This document shows, one piece after another, positions 1-10,984 of a DNA stretch of 64,000 bases. Every line of letters starts with the position of its first letter. The first letter of the stretch is position 1. The translations under genes were made by a program, and so were the position numbers. The stretch covers positions 136,448 through 200,447 of the forward strand of contig JAJRZK010000058.1 in assembly GCA_024275315.1 (NCBI GenBank), written 5' to 3'. The notes beneath the pieces were generated by a model. It did no database searches, was not told the DNA's origin, and saw nothing but the letters and a program-made list of their open reading frames with translations. This stretch comes from Nitrospirota bacterium. GTDB lineage: Bacteria; Nitrospinota_A; UBA7883.

Positions 1-227
1 ATTTTCTGGTCGATCTTCGAGCCGGTAAGCTTTATTTTCCCGGCGTTGATTATAACCACGAACGATCCGGTGTCCACGTGGGGGGTGTATGTTGGCATGT
101 CCTTCCCACGCAACTTGTTGGCCACCTGTACAGCGACCCGCCCAAGGACTTTATCTTTGGCGTCCACGACAAACCATTTCCGGTCTTTGTGAGGATGGTC
201 CTCTTTCCTGGCGGAATAGGTTCTCAT
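1..227 (-). CDS. rplM: 50S ribosomal protein L13 (N-terminal part; gene runs off window start)
   Basis: Minus-strand translation from ATG at 225-227 gives [69 protein letters not shown]..., which matches the conserved L13 N-terminus (WxVVDA..LGRLA...[15 protein letters not shown]). There is no stop within the window. Confidence 0.8.
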   Translation of the reverse strand, partial: MRTYSARKEDHPHKDRKWFVVDAKDKVLGRVAVQVANKLRGKDMPTYTPHVDTGSFVVIINAGKIKLTGSKIDQK

Positions 228-403
228 GCTTTTTCTCATCTGGTTTTCATCCCGACGAAAGTATTATCGAAAGCGATTATTCTGTATATTTATATGGTGG
301 TTGTCAACGGTTAAATTATTTTTTCCTTTCATAAGGGGGCGGGGAGTCTGAAACATGAACAGGCGAAACCTGTGTGGGCGGTATTTATAAATGTGATCGC
401 GGA

Positions 404-1669
404 TCACGGGATGGTTGTTAGCCGCCCTCCGCAAGAGGAAAAAAGATCGCCGAAATTAGGAAATGTGACCTTGACGGCTTCGGCTGCGCTGATCTCCGTG
501 ACACCATCGGCGGCGGACGCTATGACAGCCAGGCTCATTACCACCCTGTGATCTCCATGACCGGAGACCTTGGCGCCTTGGGGCGAACCTCCATGAATCA
601 CCAGCGCGTCGGGTTTCTCCACGCAACGAATCCCCATTTTTCCCAGTTCCCCGGCCATTACGGATATTCTGTCGGTTTCCTTTATTCTCGCTTGCGGCAC
701 GTTGCCAAGGGTGGTCACACCATCCGCCAGCGAGGCCAGGGCCGCCAATGCGGGCAGGGCGTCCGGCGTGGCGTTCAGGTCGAGATCAACCCCTTTGAGC
801 TTTGCGCCTTTTACACGGATACCCTCTTTTTCGAACGTCACGACAGCGCCCATCTGGGTCAGATAGTTGATTATGGCCTTGTCTCCCTGTATATCGTCCA
901 TGTCCAGCCCCAGCAAAGTAACCTCGTTTCCGGGAATGGCGCCAAGACACGCAAAAAAAGCGGCCGATGAAAAATCGCCCGGCATGATCTTGTCAAAAGG
1001 GGGATATACCTGTCCTCCCCGAACCCGGAACATCGAATACCCATCGCGTTCATATTCTATATCCAGCTCATCAAGCCACTTCAGCGTCATGTCCACATAC
1101 GGTTTTTCGTTGAGGCTCGTCAAGACCATCTGCGCGCCCCGGGGCGCAAGGGGCGTGTGGATAAGCAGGCTGGACAGGTATTGCGATGTGGTCCCGTCCA
1201 CCGACACCGATCCCCCGTCGATGGGACCTTCCACCGTGGCAGGCAATGTGCCGGTGGTGCATGACACTCTTGCGCCGATGGATTGAAGAGCGCTTAACAG
1301 GGGACCCATCGGCCTTGAGCTTGTCTGGACGTCACCCGTGATGGTTATGGGCGCCAGGCCGAGTGACGCGGTTGACAGGACAAACCTGGCGGTTGTGCCG
1401 GAGTTTCCCACGTTCACAGGTGAGGGAGGGGCGGATATTCTTCCGCCTGTACCATATATTCGCCACACGCTTTCGGATGTTTCCACTTCCGCTCCAAGCC
1501 TGTTTACCGCCTCTAAGGCGGAATGGCTGTCCGAGGATTGGAGCGGGTTTCGGATAACGGACTCTCCATCGGCCAGGGCCGCGATAAAAACGGCGCGGAT
1601 AGTGTGGGACTTGGAGGCGGGGATCAGCGCCCGGCCTTTCGATACGCCCGGTTTTACAACAAACTTCAT
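404..1669 (-). CDS. aroA: 3-phosphoshikimate 1-carboxyvinyltransferase (EPSP synthase)
   Basis: 421 aa with N-terminal MKFVVKPG...PASKSHTIRA (the KSxS..R EPSPS signature) and a conserved length of about 420 aa. Confidence 0.9.
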   Translation of the reverse strand: MKFVVKPGVSKGRALIPASKSHTIRAVFIAALADGESVIRNPLQSSDSHSALEAVNRLGAEVETSESVWRIYGTGGRISAPPSPVNVGNSGTTARFVLSTASLGLAPITITGDVQTSSRPMGPLLSALQSIGARVSCTTGTLPATVEGPIDGGSVSVDGTTSQYLSSLLIHTPLAPRGAQMVLTSLNEKPYVDMTLKWLDELDIEYERDGYSMFRVRGGQVYPPFDKIMPGDFSSAAFFACLGAIPGNEVTLLGLDMDDIQGDKAIINYLTQMGAVVTFEKEGIRVKGAKLKGVDLDLNATPDALPALAALASLADGVTTLGNVPQARIKETDRISVMAGELGKMGIRCVEKPDALVIHGGSPQGAKVSGHGDHRVVMSLAVIASAADGVTEISAAEAVKVTFPNFGDLFSSCGGRLTTIP

Positions 1670-1706
1670 CGCATGTATCCTTTGTCGTTTTCCAATGGTA
1701 TCCGGA

Positions 1707-2462
1707 TCAGTTGAATTCCCATTGCCTGATTTGATCGAGGAAATCGTATCTGGTCAGGTCGAAGTGTATGGGTGTCACTGTAATCCAGTTTCTATGCAAC
1801 CATCCGATATCGGCGTCGCTGTCGCTTTCGTCAACTTCCATATGCCCTCCCTGCCAATAGTAGCTGTCCTGGCGAAGGTCGACTCTTTTTTCAAAAATTT
1901 CCTTAAACTTGCTCTGGCCGAGGTGGCACACTTTTACCCCCTTGACTTCGTCCCTGGGACAAGCTGGCACGTTTACGTTGAGCAGAACCCCTTTCGGCAA
2001 TCCTCGGGCCGCCACCTGCTTTACTATGCGTGCGCCGTATTCAGACGCAACGGTAAAGTCCCGTGACGCAAACGACGCCAGCGATATCGCCACCGAGGGT
2101 ATTCCCAGAATCGTCCCTTCCGTGGCGGCGGAGACGGTTCCGGAATAAATCACGTTGGTAGCCACGTTCTGCCCATGGTTAATACCCGAGACCACCATGT
2201 CGGGTTTGGTGTCCATCAGAGCTCGTATGGCGATTTTCACGCAATCGGCCGGTGTGCCGTTGACCGCTATCCCGAACAAATCACCGTTCACGCTTACTTC
2301 CCGCACTCTTAAGGGGTCGGATATGGTTATAGAATGGCCCACTGCCGACATTTCGGTTTCCGGCGCCACGACAGTCACCTCCGCGATAGTCGAAAGGGCT
2401 TTTTTCATGGCTTTGATGCCTGCGGCGTTTATGCCGTCGTCGTTGGCTAGCAGTATTTTCAT
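1707..2462 (-). CDS. surE: 5'/3'-nucleotidase SurE
   Basis: 251 aa. MKILLANDDGINAAGI...GINHGQNV...YSGTVSAA are the SurE hallmark motifs. Confidence 0.9.
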   Translation of the reverse strand: MKILLANDDGINAAGIKAMKKALSTIAEVTVVAPETEMSAVGHSITISDPLRVREVSVNGDLFGIAVNGTPADCVKIAIRALMDTKPDMVVSGINHGQNVATNVIYSGTVSAATEGTILGIPSVAISLASFASRDFTVASEYGARIVKQVAARGLPKGVLLNVNVPACPRDEVKGVKVCHLGQSKFKEIFEKRVDLRQDSYYWQGGHMEVDESDSDADIGWLHRNWITVTPIHFDLTRYDFLDQIRQWEFN

Positions 2463-2485
2463 CGGTCAGTATTAACGGTAAAAGG

Positions 2486-3313
2486 TTATCGTAACGCCAC
2501 GGTGTCTATCCAAAGCTCACCTGCCGGATTGTCTTGCAAATGCGCCCGCTGGATATAAACCCGTAACTGGAAAATCGTGACAGGGTTTACTTTTTTCTTG
2601 ATCCGCCTATATCTTTTTGTCTGAGGGTTGTAGCTCCACAGGTTTAGCGACTTGAAGGGGATCGTAATTTTTCGCCACTTGTCTGAAATATCGTTGGACG
2701 GCAAATCCCATCTCAGGTATTTCCCGTCTTTTTTACCCAACACGGCGAATCCGAACGCGCCGATCCCTTTTCCTTTTACCATTATCTCTATGGCGTTTTT
2801 GTCTTTTACCACGACCGGTTCGGGAAAATTGACAACTCCGGATGCAAATAGTCGCCCTTTCGCCCGTTTTTCGGGCATGGAGACGATCAGATGGGCTGCG
2901 ACGGGGGAATAATCACTGGCGCTGTGGGTGTCGATAGTAAACAGCGCTACGATACCCGGCGATTTTTTGGTCTGAAGGATTTCCTGCTGGGAGACGGACA
3001 CAAAATCCAGAATCAATTCAGAGGAGCCAGAAACGGGGATGTTCGCCGGTGGAGCTGTGGATCTGGATGTTCTGGTTTTCCCCGGCCTGTGTTCGCCGGA
3101 TTTTGGCTCCCGGGTTTTGGCCGCATCCTTAAGCTTGCTGACGGCTTTTTTTGCTTCGGCTATTATTTTTTCTATGTTGCCTGGAATCGCGTTTTGGGCT
3201 GTTGTGGATACGTAGTTTTCAAAATAAGCGCCCAACGTATAAGCAAATGTAATCCCAACCACAATCGCGACGAAGGGAGCAAGTTTATTTACCAAGGGTG
3301 GTTCTGATCTCAT
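2486..3313 (-). CDS. Hypothetical membrane-anchored protein with a single N-terminal TM helix
   Basis: 275 aa ORF with an N-terminal hydrophobic segment (FVAIVVGITFAYTLGAYF), a Lys/Pro-rich linker and a globular C-terminal domain. No recognisable catalytic motif. Confidence 0.45.
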   Translation of the reverse strand: MRSEPPLVNKLAPFVAIVVGITFAYTLGAYFENYVSTTAQNAIPGNIEKIIAEAKKAVSKLKDAAKTREPKSGEHRPGKTRTSRSTAPPANIPVSGSSELILDFVSVSQQEILQTKKSPGIVALFTIDTHSASDYSPVAAHLIVSMPEKRAKGRLFASGVVNFPEPVVVKDKNAIEIMVKGKGIGAFGFAVLGKKDGKYLRWDLPSNDISDKWRKITIPFKSLNLWSYNPQTKRYRRIKKKVNPVTIFQLRVYIQRAHLQDNPAGELWIDTVALR

Positions 3314-3429
3314 TTTTTCCGCTGGAGAAGTTGGGCAATCAGCATATGCAAATATGGGTTTATCAACACCTCGAAAGATAAACCAGCGCGACAGGCTTCA
3401 ATTTATGGCCCCAAACCGCCGCATCATAA

Positions 3430-5406
3430 TCACACCAGGGCCGGGGATGTCTCGCCTCCCGTTCCGGTCAGTGTATCCGGCTTGCTCCCCTGGTCCTTTC
3501 CAGGACCATCTTCACCCTTGGCCGTGTTTTCCTTTTCCCCGCCGCCATTATCGTGGTCAGACAACCCGGGAAGCTCGATACCTTTTTTCTTCAGGGATTT
3601 GCTGACAATTTCGACCATCTCGGCCCCGTCGATCACTTCGACATCCAGCAGAATATCTGTCAGTTCCTCCAGTATATCCTGATGCTCGGTAATAATGTCC
3701 ACAGCTGTTTTATATGCGTTGGTCAGGAGCTCATGAACTTCCTTGTCTATGGAGATTGCCGTATCTTCGCTATAATCACGGTGCTGGGAAATTTCTCTGC
3801 CGAGAAAAATCTGCTCCTCTTTCTGGCCGAAAGCGACCGGCCCGAGGTTGGAGTTCATACCCCATTCGCACACCATTTTCCTGGCGAGCCCGGTAGCCAC
3901 CTCGATATCGTTGCTGGCTCCGGTTGTGTACTGGTTCAGGATGATCTCCTCCGCGGCGCGGCCGCCCATCATTATCGCCAGCCTGTTAACCAGGTAATCC
4001 TTGGGGTGGGTATGTTTTTCATCGATGGGAAGTTGCTGGGTTATTCCCAGGGCCCTGCCTCTTGGGATTATGGTGACTTTGTGAATGGGATCGGTCCCGG
4101 GCAACATCAGCGCCACCAGGGCGTGACCGGCCTCGTGGACCGCCGTGTTCTTTTTCTCCTTGTCGCTTATTATCATCGACCGTCTTTCCGCGCCCATCAT
4201 GACCTTGTCCTTGGATTGCTCGAAATGCCGCATGGTAACTTTCTGGGCGTCTTCACGAGCCGCCAGCAACGCCGCTTCGTTGGCCAGGTTGGCCAGGTCG
4301 GCCCCGGTGAACCCGGGCGTCCCCCTGGCGAGCACTTTAAGGTCAACATCGTCCATCAGCGGTATTTTAGCCGTATGTACCTTGAGGATCGCTTCCCTGC
4401 CGCCGATATCGGGTCTGGGCACCACCACCTGCCGGTCGAACCGGCCCGGCCTTAACAGAGCCGGATCGAGAACGTCGGGCCTGTTTGTGGCGGCTATGAT
4501 TATCGTTGCGCTGTTTTCCTCGAAACCGTCCATCTCCACCAGTAGCTGGTTGAGGGTCTGCTCCCGCTCGTCGTGCCCGCCGCCAAGCCCCGCTCCGCGG
4601 TGGCGGCCAACGGCGTCTATTTCGTCCACAAATATTATGCATGGAGCGGTTTTCTTGGCGTTTTCAAAAAGATCGCGTACCCGCGATGCGCCGACGCCCA
4701 CGAACATCTCCACGAAATCCGAGCCGGATATACTGAAAAAAGGGACGTCAGCCTCGCCCGCTATGGCCTTGGCCAGCAGGGTTTTGCCTGTGCCCGGTGG
4801 GCCGACGAGCAAAACGCCTTTTGGTATTTTCCCTCCAAGTTTCTGGAATTTCGCCGGTTCCCTTAAATACTCTATGATTTCCTGTAGCTCTTCCTTGGCC
4901 TCGTCCACCCCGGCCACGTCCTTGAACGTCGCCTTGTTTTGACCGTCGCTAACCATCCTGGCCTTGCTTTTGCCGAAAGAGAGCGCGCGCGACCCCCCGT
5001 TTTGCATCTGACGCATGAAAAATATCCATATGGCTATCAGGAGTATCATCGGCATCCATGAAATCAGTATATTCAGGTACCAGGGGGTCTGCTCGGCAGG
5101 GGTCACCATTATCCTGACACCGGCCTTTCTCAGGTCTTTTACCAGGTCGGGATAATCGATTATCTGGGTGGTGAACCGGTTCCCGTCGATGAACACTCCA
5201 TGGACGATATCTCCCTGCAATGTCACCTCAGCAATATTGTTCTGCTCGACCGCGTCTAAGAACTCGGTGAATGAAATCGGCCTGCTCATGGATCGGGGCT
5301 GGTTTACCATGTTAACCAGGGCTAATATCACAAGCCCGACAACAAGCCACAGGGCCAGGTTCTTATAAGTCTGATTCACATCTAATCTCCGAGAAAACTC
5401 CTCCAA
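3430..5406 (-). CDS. ftsH: ATP-dependent zinc metalloprotease FtsH
   Basis: Two N-terminal TM segments, Walker A ([18 protein letters not shown]), Walker B, SRH, and the HEAGHALVA zinc site. The annotated start at 5406 is a TTG. An in-frame GTG at 5379 with a GGAGA RBS ([11 protein letters not shown]...) is a plausible alternative start. Confidence 0.9.
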   Translation of the reverse strand: MEEFSRRLDVNQTYKNLALWLVVGLVILALVNMVNQPRSMSRPISFTEFLDAVEQNNIAEVTLQGDIVHGVFIDGNRFTTQIIDYPDLVKDLRKAGVRIMVTPAEQTPWYLNILISWMPMILLIAIWIFFMRQMQNGGSRALSFGKSKARMVSDGQNKATFKDVAGVDEAKEELQEIIEYLREPAKFQKLGGKIPKGVLLVGPPGTGKTLLAKAIAGEADVPFFSISGSDFVEMFVGVGASRVRDLFENAKKTAPCIIFVDEIDAVGRHRGAGLGGGHDEREQTLNQLLVEMDGFEENSATIIIAATNRPDVLDPALLRPGRFDRQVVVPRPDIGGREAILKVHTAKIPLMDDVDLKVLARGTPGFTGADLANLANEAALLAAREDAQKVTMRHFEQSKDKVMMGAERRSMIISDKEKKNTAVHEAGHALVALMLPGTDPIHKVTIIPRGRALGITQQLPIDEKHTHPKDYLVNRLAIMMGGRAAEEIILNQYTTGASNDIEVATGLARKMVCEWGMNSNLGPVAFGQKEEQIFLGREISQHRDYSEDTAISIDKEVHELLTNAYKTAVDIITEHQDILEELTDILLDVEVIDGAEMVEIVSKSLKKKGIELPGLSDHDNGGGEKENTAKGEDGPGKDQGSKPDTLTGTGGETSPALV

Positions 5407-5612
5407 CGCTCATAATACCCTTTACAGACAGTAATATGAACGTGTCGGCTAACTTGTTATTTATTTTAACACTACCACGCCACCAATCCCTCTACAATCA
5501 AATTCGGGCAAGCTCTGGACGCCCTTTAAGGGCCATGGAAAGCTGTTATTTGGTCGTTTGCATGGTTATAAGACCGCAAAATTGTAATAGCAAGGGCTTG
5601 CCGGTAAAATCG

Positions 5613-6002
5613 TCAGATGTTCGAAGCGGCCGTAGTTTCCGGCAAGGTCTTCACTTCTTTCACGGGGGGAGTGATCAGACGTGCGCCGCTCTCAAGGGCG
5701 GGATATACGGAGGGCTCGTCCGGCAACGGTTTTTGCTTAAGATCGTCAAGCTCCTTTTCCACCTTTAATACCTTGCGATTAAGGCTCCAGATACGGCTTT
5801 GCTGCTTTAACATGGAAAGGCCGGCGGCGATGAAAGTAATGACCGCCCCCATTGCGAACGATGCGAGGATCGCAACCCATAGTTTCACATCGAAGCTGTA
5901 TCCGAGGTAATAAGACACTATTACCTCCTGCTGGTTTTTGGCGGCGAACGTCACTAGAAAAAAAGCTATCAAAAGCCCTATTACAAACTTTACTGCCATC
6001 AT
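5613..6002 (-). CDS. LapA-family (DUF1049) inner-membrane protein
   Basis: 129 aa with two TM helices followed by a coiled-coil tail (LKVEKELDDLKQ), located upstream of ftsH. This architecture is typical of LPS-assembly protein A-like proteins. Confidence 0.55.
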   Translation of the reverse strand: MMAVKFVIGLLIAFFLVTFAAKNQQEVIVSYYLGYSFDVKLWVAILASFAMGAVITFIAAGLSMLKQQSRIWSLNRKVLKVEKELDDLKQKPLPDEPSVYPALESGARLITPPVKEVKTLPETTAASNI

Positions 6003-6100
6003 CTGGATAATAACACCTCATAAACCCTGGCGCTGGTGACCGGAAAACCGATTATATCAGGATGCCGAGCCGGAGTCACCAAACAAAGACCTGGACAGGT

Positions 6101-6991
6101 TCAAAAGGTGCGGGCGGCTATATATTTGGCAAGATCGCGCAAGTGGTCGGCTTCGTCGTCGAACATTTCCAGAGCCTCCAGAGCGCTGTCGGTGAGCTCC
6201 GTAGCCCGTTTCCGGGCGGCTTCCATACCGACGACTGAGGGATAGGTCATCTTCTCTTTTTTTATGTCCGACCCCGGGGTCTTGCCGAGCTTTCTCCAGT
6301 CGCCTTCAATATCCAGGATATCGTCTATTATCTGGAACGCCAGACCCACATGTTTACCATAAACCGTGAGGGCCGAAACCTGGTCATCATCCGCATCACC
6401 CAATATGGCGCCACCCCGCACGGAGGCGGTTATCAGTTTGCCGGTTTTGTGTGTATGGATATACTCGAGAACCGCAAGGTCGGCAACGGCGCTTTCATAC
6501 TCTATATCGACCACCTGCCCCCCGATGGTGCCCAGGGAGCCTATCGCCGAAGCCGTTTCATTGGCGACTGCGAGGATGGTTGTCACAGCGACACCGGGAA
6601 AAAAAGCGGTGTCCGTCAAAATCTCAAAAGCCATCGTCAACAGCCCGTCTCCGGCCAGTATGGCCGTGGATTCGCCGAATTTCATGTGGTTTGTCATTTG
6701 GCCGCGTCTGATGTCGTCGTCGTCAAGGGCGGGAAGGTCGTCGTGAATCAGCGTGTAGGTATGGATCATTTCCAGGGCCGCCGCGAAACACAGCACGGGA
6801 GTTCGGGAACCGCCGACAGCGTCGCTCGCCGCCACCGCAAGCATGGGCCGCAACCTTTTTCCGCCCGCGAAAAGCGAATAGCGCATCGATTGATGTATTG
6901 AGGGAGGATATGTTTCATCGCCCGGGATCAACCTGTCCAGGGTGGCGTCCACTTCCGTGTGGATGGCTTTGAAATAGTCGGAAAAAGGCAT
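6101..6991 (-). CDS. ispA: Farnesyl diphosphate synthase (geranyltranstransferase)
   Basis: First Asp-rich motif LIHDDLPALDDDDIRRG, GKRLRP, and a second DD motif (FQIIDDILD). Located immediately downstream of xseB, the conserved xseB-ispA arrangement. Confidence 0.85.
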   Translation of the reverse strand: MPFSDYFKAIHTEVDATLDRLIPGDETYPPSIHQSMRYSLFAGGKRLRPMLAVAASDAVGGSRTPVLCFAAALEMIHTYTLIHDDLPALDDDDIRRGQMTNHMKFGESTAILAGDGLLTMAFEILTDTAFFPGVAVTTILAVANETASAIGSLGTIGGQVVDIEYESAVADLAVLEYIHTHKTGKLITASVRGGAILGDADDDQVSALTVYGKHVGLAFQIIDDILDIEGDWRKLGKTPGSDIKKEKMTYPSVVGMEAARKRATELTDSALEALEMFDDEADHLRDLAKYIAARTF

Positions 6992-6997
6992 GTATCG

Positions 6998-7267
6998 TCA
7001 GGATGGGATGTCTTCGATATCTTCGGTGTCTTCGGATGGTCGTGTCGACAAGATACCCTCCTTGTCGCGGATAAGGGTCTCGATTTTCCTGTCCGCGTCA
7101 TCCAGCTTTTTCTGGCAACTTTTGGCGATGCCGATTCCCTCTTCGAACAGCTCTATGGATTTTTCCAGCTCCAGGTCACCCTCTTCGAGCTTTGAAACGA
7201 TTTGTTCCAGTCGTTTTAACGATTCTTCGAATTTGGGTTTTTTACCCTTTTTCCCCTGTTCGCTCAT
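6998..7267 (-). CDS. xseB: Exodeoxyribonuclease VII small subunit
   Basis: About 89 aa from MSEQGKKGKKPKFEESLKRLEQIVSKLEEGDLELEKSIELFEEGIGIAKSCQKKLDDAD, a typical XseB sequence. The ORF track extends 6 codons further upstream (to 7285) with no ATG. Confidence 0.85.
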   Translation of the reverse strand: MSEQGKKGKKPKFEESLKRLEQIVSKLEEGDLELEKSIELFEEGIGIAKSCQKKLDDADRKIETLIRDKEGILSTRPSEDTEDIEDIPS

Positions 7268-7354
7268 GGTAGTCAATTCTACCATAATATATCGCGTAAA
7301 ACGGTAATATTTAGACGCTTCCCATCAAGTCCGAACAGGCGAACCAGGACTTGC

Positions 7355-8389
7355 TCACCGGCTTTCATTCGCGTCCGGCTGTCCGGATAAAAAACTGATG
7401 ATTTTTTCCATAACCACGCTACGGACAGGGTCGCTCTCCAGAAGCATTTCGTGACGCGCGCCCTCTATTACTACTTTTCGGCAGTTGGGAGCGTTACGGC
7501 AAACCTCGTCATGACCCGCGGGGTTGACTATCCTGTCCTCGGACGCCTGCAACAACAGTGTGGGTATTTTTATTTTGACCGCGTTCTCCCTTAATTCGCC
7601 AGTCATCTTTATCATTTGGGCGACCCACCTTACAGTCGCCCCTCCAAGCCGGATAGCGCTGTATTTCTGATTTTCACGCACCTTGTTAACCAGCCTTGCG
7701 CGGCTGTGGGTCAGCAGGTTGCCGTTGAACTCCTCCGGTTTATACGGCCCCTTCCCGGGGGCGTACATCCGGCCCAGTCCCACCATGTCCAGAAACGACA
7801 CAAGATATCTGACCACCACATCCGGCACAACGCCAAAATCAATCTCGAGCATGGGCGAGGAGAGTATGAGACCATCAAACTTTTCCGGGTGGCGCTGGGC
7901 GTACAAGGCTGTAACACCCCCTCCCATGGAATGCGCCAGCGCGAATACTTTGTTGTGGGGTTTTTTGTTGACCACGGTTTCCATGAACGTTTTCATGTCA
8001 TCCAGGTAATCTTCATAGCGCTCCACGTGCCCTTTGGACGAATCGGCCAGCATCCTGCCGGAAAGCCCCTGGCCGCGGTGGTCGAACGTGTAGATGGACA
8101 AGCCGCTCTTTTCAAGGTCGTAGACGACTTCGCGATAGTTTAAATATGACTCTGTACGTCCGTTTACAATTACAAGAGCCCCTTTTTCGCCCTCCCGTTC
8201 ATAGGCGGCGTATTCGATCCTGACGCCATCTTTTCCGGTGAATGCGCCGGTTGTGAAGTGTTGATCGAAATAGGGGACAACCCTGCTTTTAAACTGCTCC
8301 TCAAATCCGGTTTCGCTGATGGCCATCACAAAAGACGATTTTAGCAAGATTATGACAGCTAAAGAGCAAACCATGTATTTCATGCACAA
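7355..8389 (-). CDS. Secreted alpha/beta-hydrolase (lysophospholipase/monoacylglycerol-lipase-like)
   Basis: N-terminal signal peptide, GHSMGG nucleophile elbow, and a downstream Asp/His consistent with an alpha/beta hydrolase fold. Confidence 0.75.
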   Translation of the reverse strand: MCMKYMVCSLAVIILLKSSFVMAISETGFEEQFKSRVVPYFDQHFTTGAFTGKDGVRIEYAAYEREGEKGALVIVNGRTESYLNYREVVYDLEKSGLSIYTFDHRGQGLSGRMLADSSKGHVERYEDYLDDMKTFMETVVNKKPHNKVFALAHSMGGGVTALYAQRHPEKFDGLILSSPMLEIDFGVVPDVVVRYLVSFLDMVGLGRMYAPGKGPYKPEEFNGNLLTHSRARLVNKVRENQKYSAIRLGGATVRWVAQMIKMTGELRENAVKIKIPTLLLQASEDRIVNPAGHDEVCRNAPNCRKVVIEGARHEMLLESDPVRSVVMEKIISFLSGQPDANESR

Positions 8390-8421
8390 CTCCCTTTACA
8401 GGGCGCGGGAAACATCTGTAA

Positions 8422-9894
8422 TCAGAACAGCTTGCCCTGCCTGGCCCCGATACCATCCATGGTCGCGCTTTTTTCGCCGTCCCGAAGTCGTATATTCACC
8501 CTCATTCCCGGCTTTAACTGGGAGACGGATTTGCACACCACTTTCCCATCCTCTGAAGATACGATACCATACCCCCGTTCCAGAACCTTCTGCGGGTTGA
8601 ACGCTTCTAGCTTGCCCAGGGCCATGTCTGTCCTCTTTCTCAGCCCGGATGTGCCATGGCGCAACCCTGCCGCCAGATCTTCGAGTTTACGATCCAGCAG
8701 ATCGCGCCGAGCCTGTATCCAGCGCTCCGGCCTGATCGTTTTGAGCCTGCCGCAAAGATTCCGTGTTTCGACGCGTTTTGCGCCTTTCAAACCCGTCACG
8801 GCTTTTGCCATGCCATCGGCCAGGTCACCGAGAGCTCTCCTTCGCAGGAGAAGCTGACGCTTGGGGTTTAAAATCGCAAGATGCCTTCTGAGACCTGCAA
8901 GCTGTTGACCGAAACCCAGCGACTGGCTGTCAATCGCCCTTTTCGCCCGGCTGGTCATATCGTCCACCCTCAGCGCGAGAGTTTCGCTCATGTCCCGCAT
9001 GTTGATGGTCATTCTGTGGACCATGTCGCTGATATACTCCTCCACAGCCGCTCGTTCAGGGGCCACCTGCTCCGCCGCCGCGGTGGGGGTGGACGCGCGA
9101 AGATCGGCCACGAAATCGGCTATCGTAAAATCGGTCTCATGTCCCACGGCGGAGACAACGGGAATGGCCGATCTCGCTATGGCCCTGGCCACCACCTCTT
9201 CGTTAAACGCCCACAGGTCTTCGATCGATCCGCCGCCCCTGCCGACGATTATCACGTCCACTTCGCCGTATTCGTTAAGGTCCGCTATCCCCTGCGCCAC
9301 CTGCTGCGCCGCTCCCTCCCCCTGTACTTTGACGGGGCGGAGAATCACGCCCAGCCCCGGGAAACGGCGTCTTAGCGTGCGTACCATATCCCGGATCACG
9401 GCGCCGGTGGGGGAGGTTACTATCCCGACATTCCAGGATATGTATGGAAGCGGTTTTTTTCGTCGTTTATCGAACAGCCCTTCAGCCGAAAGCTTCTTCT
9501 TGAGCTTTTCAAGCGCCGCCGCCAGCGCCCCAAGCCCTTTGGGCTCCATCGCTTCGATTATGAGCTGATACTGGCTTCGCCGGCTGAAAATGGACAATCG
9601 CCCCCTGCAGACCACCTGGTCGCCAACCTTTGGATCGAACCTCAGGTATGATATGCCACCTTTCCACATCACTGCTTCTATCACGGATTTGCTGTCTTTT
9701 AGGGTGATATAGGCGTGGCCCGATGTGTGGACAAAAAATTTGGATATTTCGCCCTCTATCCAGAGGCCGGAGAACGATTCCTCGATGACCAGTTTCAGAT
9801 CTCGTGTAAGCTCTGTTACGGTATAAACCCTGCGCCCAGGACCAATGTCAGGCTCATCCGGGGAGAGGCTATTTTCTTTTTCGTCCATGTTCAT
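8422..9894 (-). CDS. xseA: Exodeoxyribonuclease VII large subunit
   Basis: 490 aa with an OB-fold N-terminus (VTELTRDLKLVIEESFSGLWIEGEISKF...SGHAYITLKD) and a catalytic core. The start overlaps the folD 3' end by about 26 nt. Confidence 0.9.
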   Translation of the reverse strand: MNMDEKENSLSPDEPDIGPGRRVYTVTELTRDLKLVIEESFSGLWIEGEISKFFVHTSGHAYITLKDSKSVIEAVMWKGGISYLRFDPKVGDQVVCRGRLSIFSRRSQYQLIIEAMEPKGLGALAAALEKLKKKLSAEGLFDKRRKKPLPYISWNVGIVTSPTGAVIRDMVRTLRRRFPGLGVILRPVKVQGEGAAQQVAQGIADLNEYGEVDVIIVGRGGGSIEDLWAFNEEVVARAIARSAIPVVSAVGHETDFTIADFVADLRASTPTAAAEQVAPERAAVEEYISDMVHRMTINMRDMSETLALRVDDMTSRAKRAIDSQSLGFGQQLAGLRRHLAILNPKRQLLLRRRALGDLADGMAKAVTGLKGAKRVETRNLCGRLKTIRPERWIQARRDLLDRKLEDLAAGLRHGTSGLRKRTDMALGKLEAFNPQKVLERGYGIVSSEDGKVVCKSVSQLKPGMRVNIRLRDGEKSATMDGIGARQGKLF

Positions 9895-10759
9895 CGAGAA
9901 GACCGACGATAAGTTTCCGCTGGAGCTTGTATGCTGTAATGGTGTTCTGGAGGAGCACAGCCCTGGTCATGGGGCCTACGCCACCCGGCACCGGGGTTAT
10001 CCACCCGGCTTTTTCATAGACCCCATCGTAATCGACGTCGCCTTTCAGTCTGGTACCCACCCTGCTGGTACCGACATCTATCACGGCCGCGCCCGGCTTG
10101 ACCATATCCGCGGTGACAAAACCAGGTTTGCCAATCGCGGCGACCAGAATATCACCTTTGGATGTGATAGCGCCCAGGTCGGCTGTGCGCGAATGGCAGA
10201 TTGTAACCGTGGCGTTGCGGTGTAGCAGCATCGCCGCCACCGGTTTGCCCACGATGTTGGATCTTCCAACCACAACCGCATGCGCCCCTTCGATAGGTAT
10301 TTTGTACCTGTCCAGAAGCTCCATGCACCCGGTTGGAGTGCATGGCATGAGCGTGGCCAGATTTTGCGACAGCAGACCCACGTTGAGTGGATGAAACCCG
10401 TCCACGTCCTTATCCGGGTTTATCCGGTCCAGCGCTATGTTGGCGTCCAGATGGCCCGGGATGGGAAGCTGTAAAATTATGCCGTGCACCGAGGGATCAT
10501 TGTTCAGATCGTCTATAAGCCCCAGCAGGTCCTCCATGGAGATGTCGGGTGGAGGTGTGTGCTTGATCGACACTATGCCCACATCGGCGCAATCTTTTTC
10601 CTTGAGCCGAACATATACCTGCGAGGCGGGATTGTCCCCCACCAGGATTACAGCCAGGCATATCTTCTCGGCCCTGTCCCGCCAGATACGGTACGTCTCT
10701 TCTTTTATTTCCGCCTTGATAGAGGCGGCTACTTTAACGCCGTCTATTTTAATCGTCAT
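9869..10759 (-). CDS. folD: Bifunctional methylenetetrahydrofolate dehydrogenase/cyclohydrolase
   Basis: 296 aa. MTIKIDGVKVAASIKAEIKEE..., VILVGDNPASQVYV, GRSNIVGKPVA and GGVGPMT are conserved FolD motifs. Confidence 0.9.
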   Translation of the reverse strand: MTIKIDGVKVAASIKAEIKEETYRIWRDRAEKICLAVILVGDNPASQVYVRLKEKDCADVGIVSIKHTPPPDISMEDLLGLIDDLNNDPSVHGIILQLPIPGHLDANIALDRINPDKDVDGFHPLNVGLLSQNLATLMPCTPTGCMELLDRYKIPIEGAHAVVVGRSNIVGKPVAAMLLHRNATVTICHSRTADLGAITSKGDILVAAIGKPGFVTADMVKPGAAVIDVGTSRVGTRLKGDVDYDGVYEKAGWITPVPGGVGPMTRAVLLQNTITAYKLQRKLIVGLLDEHGRKRK

Positions 10760-10984
10760 TATAATCAGATCCCTGTTATCAACTTTGTAGGGCCGTACGA
10801 TATACGATATTGCATCCTTGAATCAAGAAGCCTTTTGACCTTGACGCTCAATAAAAGCTTAAGTACGATGCAGGTAATCGGCGAGCTTTGGTGATATTTT
10901 CCGATTATCAGCAGTTTGAGATAATTTCCCGAACGTGGTCCAGGCTGTTTGGGCCATTTACTTTATTCGGAAGGTCCCTTGAGT

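Noticed and set aside
78-334. 78-aa and 81-aa plus-strand ORFs at the window start
   Set aside because: They are antisense to the partial rplM gene, which has a clear L13 N-terminus on the minus strand.
3553-4455. 300-aa plus-strand ORF
   Set aside because: It lies entirely antisense within ftsH, which has unmistakable AAA+ and HExxH motifs on the minus strand. It has low-complexity, Gly/His-rich content, so I treat it as a shadow ORF.
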